From Sarea resinae (taxonomy: Eukaryota), in NCBI GenBank assembly GCA_026026165.1, contig JAPEUD010000016.1:248001-312000 (forward strand): a stretch of DNA of 64,000 nucleotides, written 5' to 3'. How positions within the stretch are numbered: the stretch's first letter is position 1; the number at the start of each line of letters is the position of its first letter. Both the position numbers and the translations under genes were made by a program. Shown one piece after another: positions 39,418-52,123 of this stretch. Under the pieces are notes generated by a model. That model saw only the letters and a list, made by a program, of their open reading frames with translations, was not told the DNA's origin and did no database searches.

Positions 39418-40357
39418 GCTGACTGAAAATGCTGGGAGATGAGGGCCAGATGGTCGAGTCGCCTTCGAGTCGCCGCTCGATTGAGGATGTACTGGCAACA
39501 AGAGCAGAATCTCTCTCGCACCCGCACCGCCCGTGAATGATTGCTGAGGAGAGAGAGGGCTGGCGAGAAGATTTGATGCGATGAATCTTCTGGTGGGACA
39601 GTGACTCGTAGTGGGACGGTGGGACGGTGGGCTGGTGGGCTGGTGGGCTACGGCATGGAAAGATGCCCCGGTATTTTGGTTCAGAGAATAAGCTCGAGGC
39701 CGATTCCCTCGAGCGCGCACTACGGGAACATGCTACGGGGGAGCTCTACTTGTTCCGCACCCGTTCAGCAGCAGAGGGCAGAGTACCGAGTACTGGCTGT
39801 ATGGAGGACGTAGAGCCGAGTAAGGGTTTGGCTGATAAGGCCAGGCGTCCGGCGACGGCGTACGCAGTAAGTACGGCGTCCAGGCGTCAAAGGTGGAGCC
39901 GATAGCGAAGGCTCGGGACTGACCGGCATGCGATCAGTGACTCTCTCTCTCTCTCTTCTGATTTCCCGTCACGAGCAGATCATGATGTTTTTCATCATTC
40001 AGGACGACAGCTCCGAGTAGAGGAGATGCAAGAAGAGATTCACCTCTCGATGAGAATGGTAATAGCTGCAACGTGGAACAGTCGATGGGATCCGTGGGCC
40101 TTCTTTTCTTACTCCGACCACGGAACGAAGCTCGGGCGCGACCACCTCCTCGGGCGCGCGCTTCTCGCTTCACCGCCTTTGACGACGAGACGACGGGATG
40201 CACGCTTGCCTCTGTTTACGTAAGCGGCAGATACGGCTACTGGGTCATCATCGATGGTGGGTATCGTTAGAGATCGATAAGGTGACCTACGTGCTGGACT
40301 GTCGCATGCGTACCTGCATGCTGGTGCCTAAGGCGCCACGATGTGACGCTTCTGTAG

Positions 40358-41076
40358 TTGAACTTTGATCCGTCATCTCTCCCAAGCTTTGCTGTGACCG
40401 CCATCGCCATCGCCATCGCCAAGAGAGAATGCAAGCAGACGCCTTCGAGCCGCGTCAATGGGTCTGGCGCGTCAAGCCCGCTCTCCAACTGGGAGCCGAT
40501 CTCCTCGCACGCGATCGAGGTCAAGCTGGCCAACATGCAGGCCGCCATGCGCGCGGGCGCCGACGTCAACGAGCTGGACCACGAGCCCTTCCCGCACCGG
40601 AACTGGGGCCGGCCGCTAAACTGCTGCGTCGACGACCACCTGGGCGACATGCGCCTCACGAGCCAGAACCTGCCGCTCGTGAAGCTGCTGCTGGACGGCG
40701 GTGCCGATCCGCGACTGGGCGCGCGTGGCTTGGATGAGCACGGTGTGTTCCGGCAGAATAACGGCAGCCCGTTGGACGACCTCAGGGAGATCTTGGCCGC
40801 GGGCGAGGACGCCGCGCCCGAGTGGAGAAGAGATTTCTACCGCGAGGCGCTGGCGTTGATGGAAGAGGCGGCGAGAAAGCTTGACGGTATGTCTACCATT
40901 TTCCGAAGTTGGATCTGGGCGTGCTAGATGCCTGCTTGCGGCGGGGAGAAGAAGCGGAGAGCGGAGACGGCTGATGCGATGTTCCGAATTCTTTTACAGA
41001 GAGGGACGCGGCAAGGGCAAAAGCGGGCTCCCAGGGTCTGTTAGCATCTTTGAGGCGTTCACTAGGTTTTGCCTAG
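40358..41076 (+). CDS. Small ankyrin-like protein (5' end uncertain)
   Basis: AGADVNELD...WGRPLNCC...NLPLVKLLLDGGADPRL...SPLDDL with GC-rich coding bias. An intron at ~40888-40998 leads to a TAG at 41074-41076. An upstream exon may be spliced via 40221-40357. Confidence 0.6.
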
Positions 41077-41779
41077 CTGTCGCTCTTCAAGGCATCATTC
41101 CATCGTCTGTGTTCCGTGTTCGTTGGAAAGCTCGACCGATCGATATGTAAGACATTGTATCAACCAAAAATGCATAAATCTACTGGCAAGTAGTCAGACA
41201 GCAAGCAGCCACTTGTCTGACATATCGCACGTGCAAACATTGATCACTCAGTTCTGATCCCTACTATGTACTCAGTTCAACAAAAGCACCATAGGCATTT
41301 GAAATCCCATCAATCCATTCATATTAGATACAAGGTTGAAAAGTCGACTCTTATCTACCCCTGAACCATCCATCCATCGTCTCCTATCCATCGCTCCAAC
41401 ATCATCTCTCTATTCATCAAAACGAGTGAACGAGCCAATGAGCGAGTGAGTGAATGAAGGAAGATATTAAATAACGCCAGGACCCAACCAGAGCCTATCA
41501 ATCGAAACCATCGCTGTCTAAATGTTGATCACGACTCCAATCTAAGTCGGGACCAATCTAAGCAACAGAAGACAAAGAGATGCATCTGCTCCCGTTCGAG
41601 GTCAATAAGGTATAATGTCGCCGGCCACTACTTGGACAAAGTAGGGCACGGGCAAAAGGGGCTCCTCCGTCTCTGCTAAAATGGCGCAGGACGAATGGGC
41701 CATCATCCTCGTTTGTACAATGGGTGAGCACTCGTTGCCCATGATCTCTTCATATCATCGATCCCTCGGTACCTCCCAT

Positions 41780-42849
41780 CTACTGCGCCTTCTTGGCATC
41801 CTTGGTCGCATTCCTTTCTCTCCGTCTCTTGGCGTATTCCGGACCCGACTCGGTATCCAAACAATAGTCCCACCACCTGAAGCTGCTCGCATAGTTGCCA
41901 ACAAACTTCTCGTGGTGCACATCGTGGTGCTGTGCGCCGGCCCAGAAAGGCAAGAAGTGGTGCAGACTCCAAGGGAATTCGTAGCCAGAGTGGGAGTCAA
42001 CGGCTTGGAAAAGTCGCAAGGTGATCCAGATGTACATCGTCAAGATATGGAGATCCTTGGTGATCGCGCACCATATGATAGGAGTGCCGACGGTACCAAG
42101 ACCGAGGACCATGACTTCAATTGGCGAAGCATACTCGGCGGCGAGACCAAAGGGGGCCGAATATTGGTGATGAATCTTGTGAATGTAGCGGTAGAGGGGA
42201 CCCCAGTGCATGGAGCGGTGAGTCCAGTAGTGCCAGGCGTCCTCGACGACGAAGAAGATGGCAATTTGGTAGGCCATGGTCAGCCACGAGGGGAAAGGTA
42301 CGCCGTAGGACATGCCGAAGAAGACGGCCATCGGATGGAAGAACCTAGAAAATCAGCAAATATCTCCGATGAGACACAAGAGGTAGGGCTCACCAGATCT
42401 GGGGCAGCTCGACGGTAAAGTGGCTGATCAAGACCAGCTTCGCGCACTCCCATTGCTCCCGAGCAGTTGGGATTTTTTGCTGCTTCGGTCAGGACAGGGT
42501 CGGTAAACAGATGGCATTGTCACGTACGTTCTGCAGCTTATATCGATTGAACCACGGAATGGCATCAATGATGATCCACGGCAGAGACCGACCAAAGTAG
42601 ACAAACTCGTGCATGAAGAAGGACATGAGGCCGGTGGCGAGGACATCGTTGCCCATGTAGGCGTACCACGCCGCCCAGAGCCTCTCAAAGACATTCAGCG
42701 AGACATTGTACTTTGAGATTTCGTCGAATTGACCCCAGTAGGAGTCGGCGGCCGAGTAGATGGCGGTCCCGTTCCTGCGATCAAAGAGTCAACGTGTGGG
42801 ACTTTCGAGGATTGTTGACACGACACGGTCAAGGAGAGTTCACTGACAT
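41780..42849 (-). CDS. ERG25: C-4 methylsterol oxidase
   Basis: [20 protein letters not shown]; His boxes [41 protein letters not shown] and HHDVHHEKF. Introns at 42847-42775, 42527-42480 and 42393-42345. Confidence 0.96.
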
Positions 42850-44536
42850 GTTGAGGACTCAGCCAAATGGCAGGTTTCCAGTGGATGAAAGAGCGCAGCA
42901 GCTGGACGATGGTGATGAAGACTGAACGGGAGGAGGAGGAGAGGAGAGGAGAAGGAGACTGAAGGGAGGGAGAGGGTGGGAGCAATGAGGTGAAGCGGTG
43001 GAGTCGAGATGGAGGGAGGTGAAGGAGAAGAAGAAGTTGGGCAGATCTCGGTAGATGTAGTCGTCGATAATCTGCGTCGATGGGGTACTACGAAGTAGTC
43101 GGGGGAAGTACTCATCGTACTGCTCACCACTACCGCCGGTACCACGCACGGCACCACGACCAGAATGAGCTGAGTTTGGCCATGTCAGGAACCAAAACTT
43201 CCGAGCGAGACGAGAGTGGAGCTAGCCCGGAAGCGAGCCTATCCAGAGGACGGACGAGCGAACGAGGAGACACGGCCGGCCACCACCATTGTGCCTGCAG
43301 ATCATGTATCGCGGCCCTCGCCAGAAGTACCGACTACGAGCCACCACCAGGGCGCGCGAGGGACGACGAAAGTGGCGAGACGGCGGCCACCCGACGCCTG
43401 TCAAGGTGTCCCGACTGCCCACTCGGACTGTCGACTTGCCGGGCGGTCAGCTCATCTCTGGCCAGGGAGAGGGTCAGAGGTACCCGCCCGCGACCCCGCA
43501 CCAGACCCAATCCGCCACCCATCCTCCCGTCTCTCCGCGGTACTGTGGCCCTGCCCACCGGCCACGGCCGCGTACTCAGAGTGCCCATTCCTCACCAATC
43601 CTCCTCCCCAACACCCTACGACCGGATGTACCGTCGCCCATCTCTGACCGCTCTCCAGTAGCCCCGACCCAAGCACGAAGTAGATGGTACGAGCTCCCCA
43701 CCCGTCCCCAATCTGTTCCCTTTGAATGGAGCCCTGGAGAGCGTGCAGCAGGGACCCTGGCCATCAGTACATCAGATAAGTACCACGATAGGGGGGACTG
43801 CGCCGTACCACGAAGTACTCCGTACTTCATACTCACCATGGCAATGTCCGTGATCAAGCTACCATACCCTACTATTGTTCCATTTCCCGCCTACTACTAC
43901 GTAGTGATTGATCCTGGGGTAGCGGCCCCGTCGTATTGTGGATGGGGATTCAACAAAAATTCATCACCACACAATCATCACATCATGACTACCTTACCTA
44001 CTGAGCCCCGGCCGGCTCAATATGCGTGCACCCCATGGTCGGAGATACTGCTGCCAAACCGAGCACTTCTCAGGGCTTTGGCCCGAACTTCCTTCCTCTT
44101 CAGAGGAGCATTGCAGGCACGGCAGATTCCGATGATCCCGGCCGCATGCACGGACAATCGACAGCACCAATCGGGACTAGCGGCCCAACGACCCTATCTT
44201 GACTTCTCGAAACCGATCTCCATGACGCTTGCTCCTTCGAGACGGACTCGCTTCTTTCCTATGTATCATCATTCGCAGTACGGAGTGGTGGGGACGTCCG
44301 AATGAGGACTTCCAGAGTAGACTCTCTGGGGCGTCATCCTTGGAGAAGACATCGTGAGAGACCTTTGTTGAAATCAAGTGAATCAGGTGTCAAAACGATG
44401 GAATGTGATGCGATCGTTCATTAAATATTTGAGACACGGGCACACCCAGAGCCATTCGAGGAGTTTGACTCTTCTAAATGATGAAAGATGGGATAACTGA
44501 GTGATTGGAATATGTGTTGTGACTGACGATTTCAAT

Positions 44537-45248
44537 TCACGGGTCGTCCATCTCCTCGTCACTGTTCGGACGGACCCCATCCACATTCGGACGGGTATAA
44601 TAAACACCAGCCTCCTCGTTCCAAACCGCATGTTGCGCCCGTTCCTGGAGAGCCAGAGAACGTCGAACATATCCTGCCACCTTCTTGATATACCCCTTCA
44701 TGGAAACCATCTTCTTCTCCAAGGCATCGACCTTGTCATCCAGATCGTCAACCTTCCCGTCCACGCCTTGGATCTTCGTGTTAAGAAGTGCGATCGATCG
44801 ATGGAGGGCGGCAACGTCAGCAGAAGCACCAGGAGAGGGCAAGGGGCTTGTCATTTCCCGGCGGCGAATGTGGTAGCGATTGCTGAACGTCTCGCACAAG
44901 GTCTTGAGTTCATCATAGGTTGCCCTGCCCTGCCCCACCTGGTGGAAGATCTCGCGGATATGATTGGCCTCATGCGTCATGTCTGCGGTTATCTATAGAT
45001 ACGTTAGCAAATCGACGGCGGGCTATTACCAGCTATAAGAAGAGGGACCTGACAGTACAGCACTCTTTGCCAATCAACACGCAACGAGAACACTTTCGGC
45101 CGAAAGCCGAGTCCTCATACCAACGACAACATGGCTCGTTGTCATCGATTGAAAAAGCCTGGCCTAGGCACTTGGCGCACCAGGGCAAAGACTCTCGTCC
45201 ATGGGAGCGAATGGCCAGGGCGCGTTCACCTGGCGTGGCCGGAGGCAT
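44537..45248 (-). CDS. Orphan ~216-aa protein with a divergent six-Cys Zn-cluster-like domain and coiled coil
   Basis: Exon 45248-45054 (WCAKC...PCC...KCSRCVLIGKECC) joins in frame, via intron 45053-44993 (GTCAGG...GCTAAC...TAG), to an exon with heptads IQGVDGKVDDLDDKVDALEKKM. A TATA-like box lies at ~45450, and there is a probable 5'UTR intron. Confidence 0.65.
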
Positions 45249-46279
45249 TGCTGTTGAAAGGGAACTCAGCTCAAAGACAATTAATCAACCACAATGGACC
45301 AGCTATCGTACGGGACCTACCAAGGCTAGATATTGCAATCAGTCCGAAGTGGTGGTATCGGAGGCGGCGATAGTGATGATAAAGACGGTGGTACTGAGGA
45401 GGGAGTTGTTGAGGAGGTGGTTCCTAGGCAGTGAGTGACTCAGGCCAATATATGCTGCCCGTGAACAGCAGGTAAACACGTATAAGTAGCACCAGGTGGT
45501 GAACCGCGCATCACCCTGAAACCCAAGCTCATTTTCCTGGGTACACAAGCTCAGTATAGGTAATCCGTATACACCGCGATGCCAGGAGCTCCAAGACAAA
45601 ACAGCTCTCCACGCTCCCTGCCATGGGAGGAAAACAACGAGGAAAAAAGAAAGAATGAAAGGGGAGCAGAACAAGTGCCTTGGGGAAATGCCATATGGGC
45701 GCCTGGGTATATGCCCAGCTCTCTTGCGCTATGAGTTGCCATTCTCCTGCCTGCCTCCTCTCTCTCTTGAAGACCTCGAGACTCCAGTTCTCATGGTGTG
45801 TGTTTGGACGAGTATCTGGAGCTGGGGAACCTCGCCGTTCACTTGCAAGCGGACGTTGCCTACGGCCAACGCATTGATGGGGCCTAGTATTATCGTGCTA
45901 TGAGGTAGAGTGATATGGACCCGATAGTGCTATCTCGACTCTAAGGTATCACGGCAGGCGGGTGGAGTAGGTGCCAGCATCTATCTAGCCGATGTTAGGA
46001 TGACCCGATGCTTGACCTCGGCTACCTTATACTGATCACAAAACTGCTTGCTCTTCGCGAGGCGAGTCCACGAACCATCTTCGAATTTGTTGAAAGGAAG
46101 TGAAGTAAACAAAACATGTGAAACAATCAAGCCACCGAAAAGTTGAAAAAAAAGGGCCCCTTATCCGAATCAATCTTCCAAGACGAAGACAATTTTTCGT
46201 GCACTCCAAATCAAATCGCTTCAAGAAGACTCAAAAACGGGCCCACAAAGAGGCCGAGAAACGGAAGAGAGCAACAGCA

Positions 46280-49200
46280 TTAGAAAAACATGCTATCACC
46301 ACCCATCAAATCACCACCGACGCCAACGGGTACACCACCACCCAGATGGTGCATCCGATCAAAGGCATCCGCCGTATCGACACCTACACCAACACCAACG
46401 TCGACGTGAGGATGATGGTGCATTTTCAGATCAACCCTGCCTTCGTCATTGACACAATCCATACCACCCACTCCGTCCATTCTCACGTCACCTCCTGGCC
46501 GGTTTCGTGCTCCATGCAAATCCCCCGTACCTTCCGCGACGGCAGAATGGCACATATGCTCGTTGGCGCCCCCGCTCCCACGGCCAGACGTTGCACACTC
46601 CTCGAGTCGCGTAGCCAGGATCACAGACGCGAGTTGCGCGATGTCCGATTTGCGACCTAGGTGTCGGAGTGCTTTGATACAAAAATCAGCCCGCGTACGG
46701 ATTTCGCGTAAGTTCTCGGGGGCTCGTGATGATGCTATATGTTGGGCCGATGAAGAGTGGTTTGCTGAAGGAGCTGAAGCTGAAGCGGTGGAAGAGGAAG
46801 AGGAAGAGTTGGAAGAGCACGAAGAAGTGGTGGAAGAAGATGATGATGGCGAGCAAGTGCAGTCATCACTTCCATCGAGTAACTCCAACAGCACGCATCC
46901 GGCCTTTGCAAAACTCCGGAGCAGTACATCCGTCCACGGCTCGGTCAGCAACGCCCCTTGACTCAATGCGAAGTGAAATTCGTGTGCCCGCTGGAAACTA
47001 GACTCATATTGGGGGCAAGAGGAGCGACCCAGATCAGTAACGGCAAAGGCATTCTGCTGTCTCAGCTCCGTCACGAAATTCGAAGTCATACGCCGACTAC
47101 GCTGCATGGGAGATCCACGTTCAGAGTCGTCAATGGCCTCGATAATGTCTGCAAGCAGGAAACCAGCGAGGTGCCAGTGACCCGCAAGGACGACGTACCA
47201 CGACTGGATTCGTGGAGGCAGGGCGTCATGATTGGTGACGCAGTCAAGGATAAAGGCGCCGTAGGTATCGTTCCAGTATTGGTAGACGCGAAGGGCGTCG
47301 TGAATTGTTTCCTCAAGTTGACCCGGGCCTTTGTTGCGGTAGACGAGAGTTTGGAGGTGAGTCACTTTGCGGAAGAGGAGTACCTTGATCGGCGCGGCAT
47401 CGCTGAGGGTGGCGGCTGCTTCTTCGTAGGAACAGGGCCAGCGGGCGATGGATTGGCCGTGTCGGGGACGAAGCGTCTGCATGAAGAACATGCCCCAAAG
47501 TTTTGTGGAGTCGGGTTCTCTTGTAATGCTGACAGCATCATCTGGAGTTGAGGTTTGGTTTTGATGTTGGCCGTTGAAAAGGGAATCCGTTTCGGCTTGA
47601 TGGTCTTGGCCTGGCTTGGGGAGCGACCAGGATGGCATTTGGAGGATGTCGCTATCTTCATCGGAGACAACAAGGGGCCGCTGGTTCATGGCTGCGGAGA
47701 GAGTGTCGAACATGATGCTGAGCCAGAACAAGAGGTCAAATGTTCGACGATCTCCCACGCTCAGAGGCTCGGCGGATTCTTTCTTGTGGCTCACGCAGGG
47801 CTTGTTCTGCTGTCTAGCTGTTTCGAGATCTAGTCTTTCTAATTTGCGACGGTAGGAAAACATTTGTCGGATCGCGGTCTCAAGGAATATGGGAGGTCCG
47901 TCTAGTTGAGTGATTTTTTCTATTTCAGAGGAGCCAGTCCTGTGCCCATTCGCACTGCAGGTCCCCGATGAAGCTTCCGAGTACTGCGTGGGGACTGGTG
48001 ATGGGAGCAGATTGTCAGAGGTCGGCCACGGAGAAGAGCTGAAAGAATCCGAAGCCCGTCGATTCCTCTTTTTGAAAGCTCGGATGTGCTGTTCTATCTC
48101 CAACGGCTTTTGGGTCAGAGCAAAGATTAGCTGAGCGAAGATGACTCGGAATGATTGGATATCCGCAGTATCTTGCAATGCCCTACGTGCCTGATGCCAG
48201 CATGTTTCTTGGATCGATCTATCAAATCCGACAGATATCGATGGCCCCGGGTCACCGTCATTAAACAGGTGATCGCCTTGATCATCCAGAACGCTTGCGG
48301 CGGAAGCTGCAGACAGATGGTCAAACTCATTGTCATCGCCCAAAAAGGTCATCTCGTCTGCTCTAGATCGATTTGAATGGGACCACTGCGTTGCAAATGC
48401 AATGATGACAGTGTGGAGGACTCTAGAGGCTGCCCTGTCTTCCGAACGGGTCAGATCACGATCTCGAAGGCCGGACGAATTACGATCCAGTCGACAGACG
48501 CGCGCACAAATGCGATTGGACCAGTTTGGCCCCCATTCGTTCAACATGGACTCGTGAGGATCAAAGCCAAGAGTCAGAGGAAAAGTGTTCGCACTGTAAG
48601 GACAGGTCCGCTCTGTTAGCCAGCAAGAAAGTGCGTTTTCCATGCTGTCATGATATATTCGGAGCAGACCATCGGTCATGGATGATCTAGTCACTGAAGC
48701 TGCTAGACGTTGTTGTGGCGAGTCGGACGATGGATCTGCCAGCGAGGCATATCCATATGGAAAGGGAAATCTATCCTTTGCCGGTATTAAAGAATGGGAG
48801 GAATCGTAAATGTGCGGGTAAATGTCCGAGTTCATAGAACTCTCTGACTGCAGGCTCTGTTTCCTTTTCGGGGTTTTCTTCTGCCCGCGTGACCTGCGAG
48901 GTGATCTTTCATCAGTGCTGATGACGGAAGGATCAGACATGGAATGTTCTTGGAACAGATTTGGCGGTGGTCGGTTGATATGATGATCATTGAAGAAAGT
49001 CGTCTCATTGTTCATGCCGCCATCGGCCAGATCATGCATATCTGGGAAAGCTGCCGGTACCTGGTGAGAAGCATGCATGTTCGCTGCAGAAGACAGCAAT
49101 GCATCATCTGGTGTTGACGTCGGGCAGTCTAGAGATTGGTCGCCAGCATTGGGGAAGAAGAGATCATTGGCATAAGCCATCAACGGTGATCTCAGGTGCT

Positions 49201-49788
49201 GACTGAAGTCCTGGCTTGATATCGGACTTGGGAGAAACTCAGGGCTGGACCTTTTCTCTTCGTTCTTTCTGGCCATTGCCGCTTTCGCGGGCCGTTTCGA
49301 TTCCTTGTCTTCGTCCAATTTTCTCTTCTTCCGCCGCGGAAGGATGTCTTTGTGCATGGCGCTGAGCCATTCAAATGTACATTCCTTTCCCGTCCGTACG
49401 CAGTTCGAGCACGCTCCAACATTGGGCATCGTGCTGCCACCTGAAAGATATGCACTGTCAGAGTCGTGTTGCTGCGGGTTTCGAGAATTCAACGAGGATT
49501 CATACCCATCTCAGCATCATGCTTTCCATTTAGCGAGTCCTCCAGAGACCAAAAGAGGGCTGGATCACTGGACGTGTCGGACAGAGATGAACGAAGATGT
49601 TGATTGTCCGCACTGGGAAACGTGACTTCAACAATGGCCGCGTCGCATGCTCGTTTGCCCTGTCGACACTGGTCACAGCTCCGATGCTGACGGCGACCAG
49701 TCTTGGAGCTTCGCCTCTCTCGCTGATGCAGAGCCTTTGCTGGTGCTACCAACAAAGGATGCGTCGTGGATGACATGGTCATGGCCAT
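46280..49788 (-). CDS. AlcR-family Zn(II)2Cys6 transcription factor
   Basis: RRQHRSCDQCRQGKRACDA...CSNCVRTGKECTFEWL, LLRIYHDSMENALSCWLTERTCPY, WGPNWSNRI, RIQSWYVVLAGHWHL and ALLTEPWT. Intron 49505-49441. Confidence 0.88.
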
Positions 49789-50724
49789 CTACCCCGGAGG
49801 AACTAACACGCTTCTGCTCGGTCTGAATTCGGACTTGATCGAGGATCGTCGAGGTGTTTCTATTCCGTTGAGATATCGATGTAGTTTATACTTGGAAATC
49901 CAGCTTCAAGTTTGATAGAGATGAAGCAAAATTATGATCATCCAATTCGTAGACGGGCAGCGACGACGGTGATGATCGTGATGATGATGAGGAAGAGAGG
50001 AGGAAGGGTATCTTGCGTTCCCGCTCTCCGAAAGAACGAGACAAAGACATGGAGACGCCGCGGGCTGAGGGCAGAACCGAGTTGAGATGGGGACACACGA
50101 GGCGGAAGAGAGGACTGTTCTGGGGTTCGACGGTTCTAGGGGCAAAAAGAGACGTCAAGGGACCGGGGTTACGTTTGCGGTGTTGGCAGGCGTGCGGCGG
50201 GGGCTGTACGCCGTATGTAGAGTAATACTTCGTACTCTGGAGTAGCTGGAGGCGGCTTTGCAGGATTTGCGGGGTTAGCAGGACGAACTAGTTGTTGGGG
50301 TTGCGGGGTGCAGGGGGCTATTGCAATAATGGGCGTTATCGCGGGGGTTCGGGACGCTCTGGGGGCGCTGGGGAGCGCTGGCGTCGGCGATCCGGCGATC
50401 CTCGTCGAAACGGACGGGCCATGGCTGGAGGTGGACGAGTGTGTACGCGAGACGGGCCCATCACGTCAAGAAAGTGCTTGGATACCCTCAGGGACCCGGA
50501 AAACAGTGGGAAGGTGGGATGGGACACGATGCGTGATTCGTGGACCGAAGAAGGCCCGTCGTTACGAGTGGAACACCACAATATATAGAGCTGGAGACCA
50601 AGAGGCTACGGAGTAGAGTACATCAACCCTAATACATACGCGGATGGCGCTCCACCTGCGCTTGGCCAACGGGTCACGGCCACTACCCCCTACTGACTCA
50701 GCCGTCCTGCCTGCCCGCATCCGA

Positions 50725-52123
50725 CTACGACTGCAAGGCCTTATATATCGCAGCTTCTACATTGACCCACATCCCCAGCACGTTGGCATCCACGAAAGGC
50801 AGTATCTGAGAGCAAACCATGCCCGCTACGCCCTTTTCTCGGTCGCACCACCACCAAAGGTTCGGCAGACCCGCCCAGAAAGCAGTTCCACTAGATCGCC
50901 CCGTTGCACCACCCGTAAGCATAAACGTCAGGCCCCAGCCTTGTGGCTGGTCGCCATTCGGATAGATGTCAGGGATGGCATTTGTCAGCTCGGGCTTCGA
51001 ATCAGGAATTCCTTGACGTCCGAAATGGGGGAATTCGGGAATTTGATTCGTGAACATCTCGTCCACAGTGGCCTTCTTAAGGATCTGCTTGCCATTCGTC
51101 GGCGAAGTGCCGTCGTTCAACAGCGTCGCTAGGATCTCTACAATACATGCATTAGGCGGAAACCTCTTGTTTGGGGGCATTCAAGTAGCTTACGGCAGTA
51201 TTCTTGCGGCTTTGCAAAGCATCCTGCTCCTCCACTGTTGAAGGTCGATTTGACTTCGGATTCATTTTCGACAATCAGTGGACGCCGCAGCAGATGGTCA
51301 CGGAACGTAATTTTGCCATCAGGCGCACGATAGTGCATATGTGCTAGGTGCTCCTTCATGGACTGAGTTGGGAACATGGAGATGTTCTTCAGCTCCAGGG
51401 GCTCGAATATGTTCTTGTGCATGTAATCGTTCAAAGAAAGACCGGTGACTCGTTCAAGAAGAATGCCTGCCCAGTCAATGTTGACCTGCTCGGTGACCAC
51501 ATCAGAGGTTTGCTTCAGAAAAGAGATCAATCCCAGAGACATACACCATATTCCCATCTGGAACCAGGCTGGTTGGTAAGTGGCTGCTTCATGTCGAAGA
51601 TATGTCCAGAGAATTCATCCCAACCAAAGGGGCCGCTGTGATCTCGTATTTTCGTGTTGAAGAAAGCATAGCCAAAGCCAGCTTTGACGGTGATCAGTAA
51701 AATCACTTTTACTCATGGCAGATCGAGCTCACCTGTATGCGAAAGCAGCATCCTCAGCGTAATCTTCTTCTTCTTCTCGGTCAAGGTGCCATCCTCTTGG
51801 AGAACCTTGACAGTTTTGAGTTCTGGAGCTAACGTTTCCACCTGTTCTGCATCATCGAGCGAGAGCTTGCCCTGCTCCACAAGTTGCATGCATGCGATAC
51901 CAGTGATCAGTTTGGTACAAGAGGCAATCCAGTAGATGTTGTCCAGAGTCATGGCTTCCGTACTCTCAAGACCACGGTGGCCCGCGGCGTGAGAGAACAG
52001 TTCTTTCCCATCCTTTCCAACGACAACTACAGTCGTTCCAGGAATGCTATTCTTCTTGTCGGCGCAAGCACTGTCGACAGTCTGACGAAGACTCGAAATC
52101 GTTTCGGTCGATAGTATGGTCAT
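50725..52123 (-). CDS. Class C beta-lactamase-fold serine hydrolase (LovD/EstB-like esterase/transesterase)
   Basis: IYWIASCTK (SxxK), ITLRMLLSHT|AGFGY, QPGSRWEYG|VNIDWAG, SGGAGCF and WAGLPNLWWWCD. Three short introns at ~51733-51684, ~51545-49489-type positions read as ~51545-51487 and ~51193-51142 (approximate). Confidence 0.88.

Noticed and set aside
39418..39720. In-frame 101-codon extension upstream of GCV2
   Set aside because: No ATG start and low-complexity content; it would mask the mitochondrial presequence.
43080..44305. 193-aa and 338-aa plus-strand ORFs upstream of ERG25
   Set aside because: GC-rich promoter DNA giving Arg/Pro-rich peptides with no motifs.
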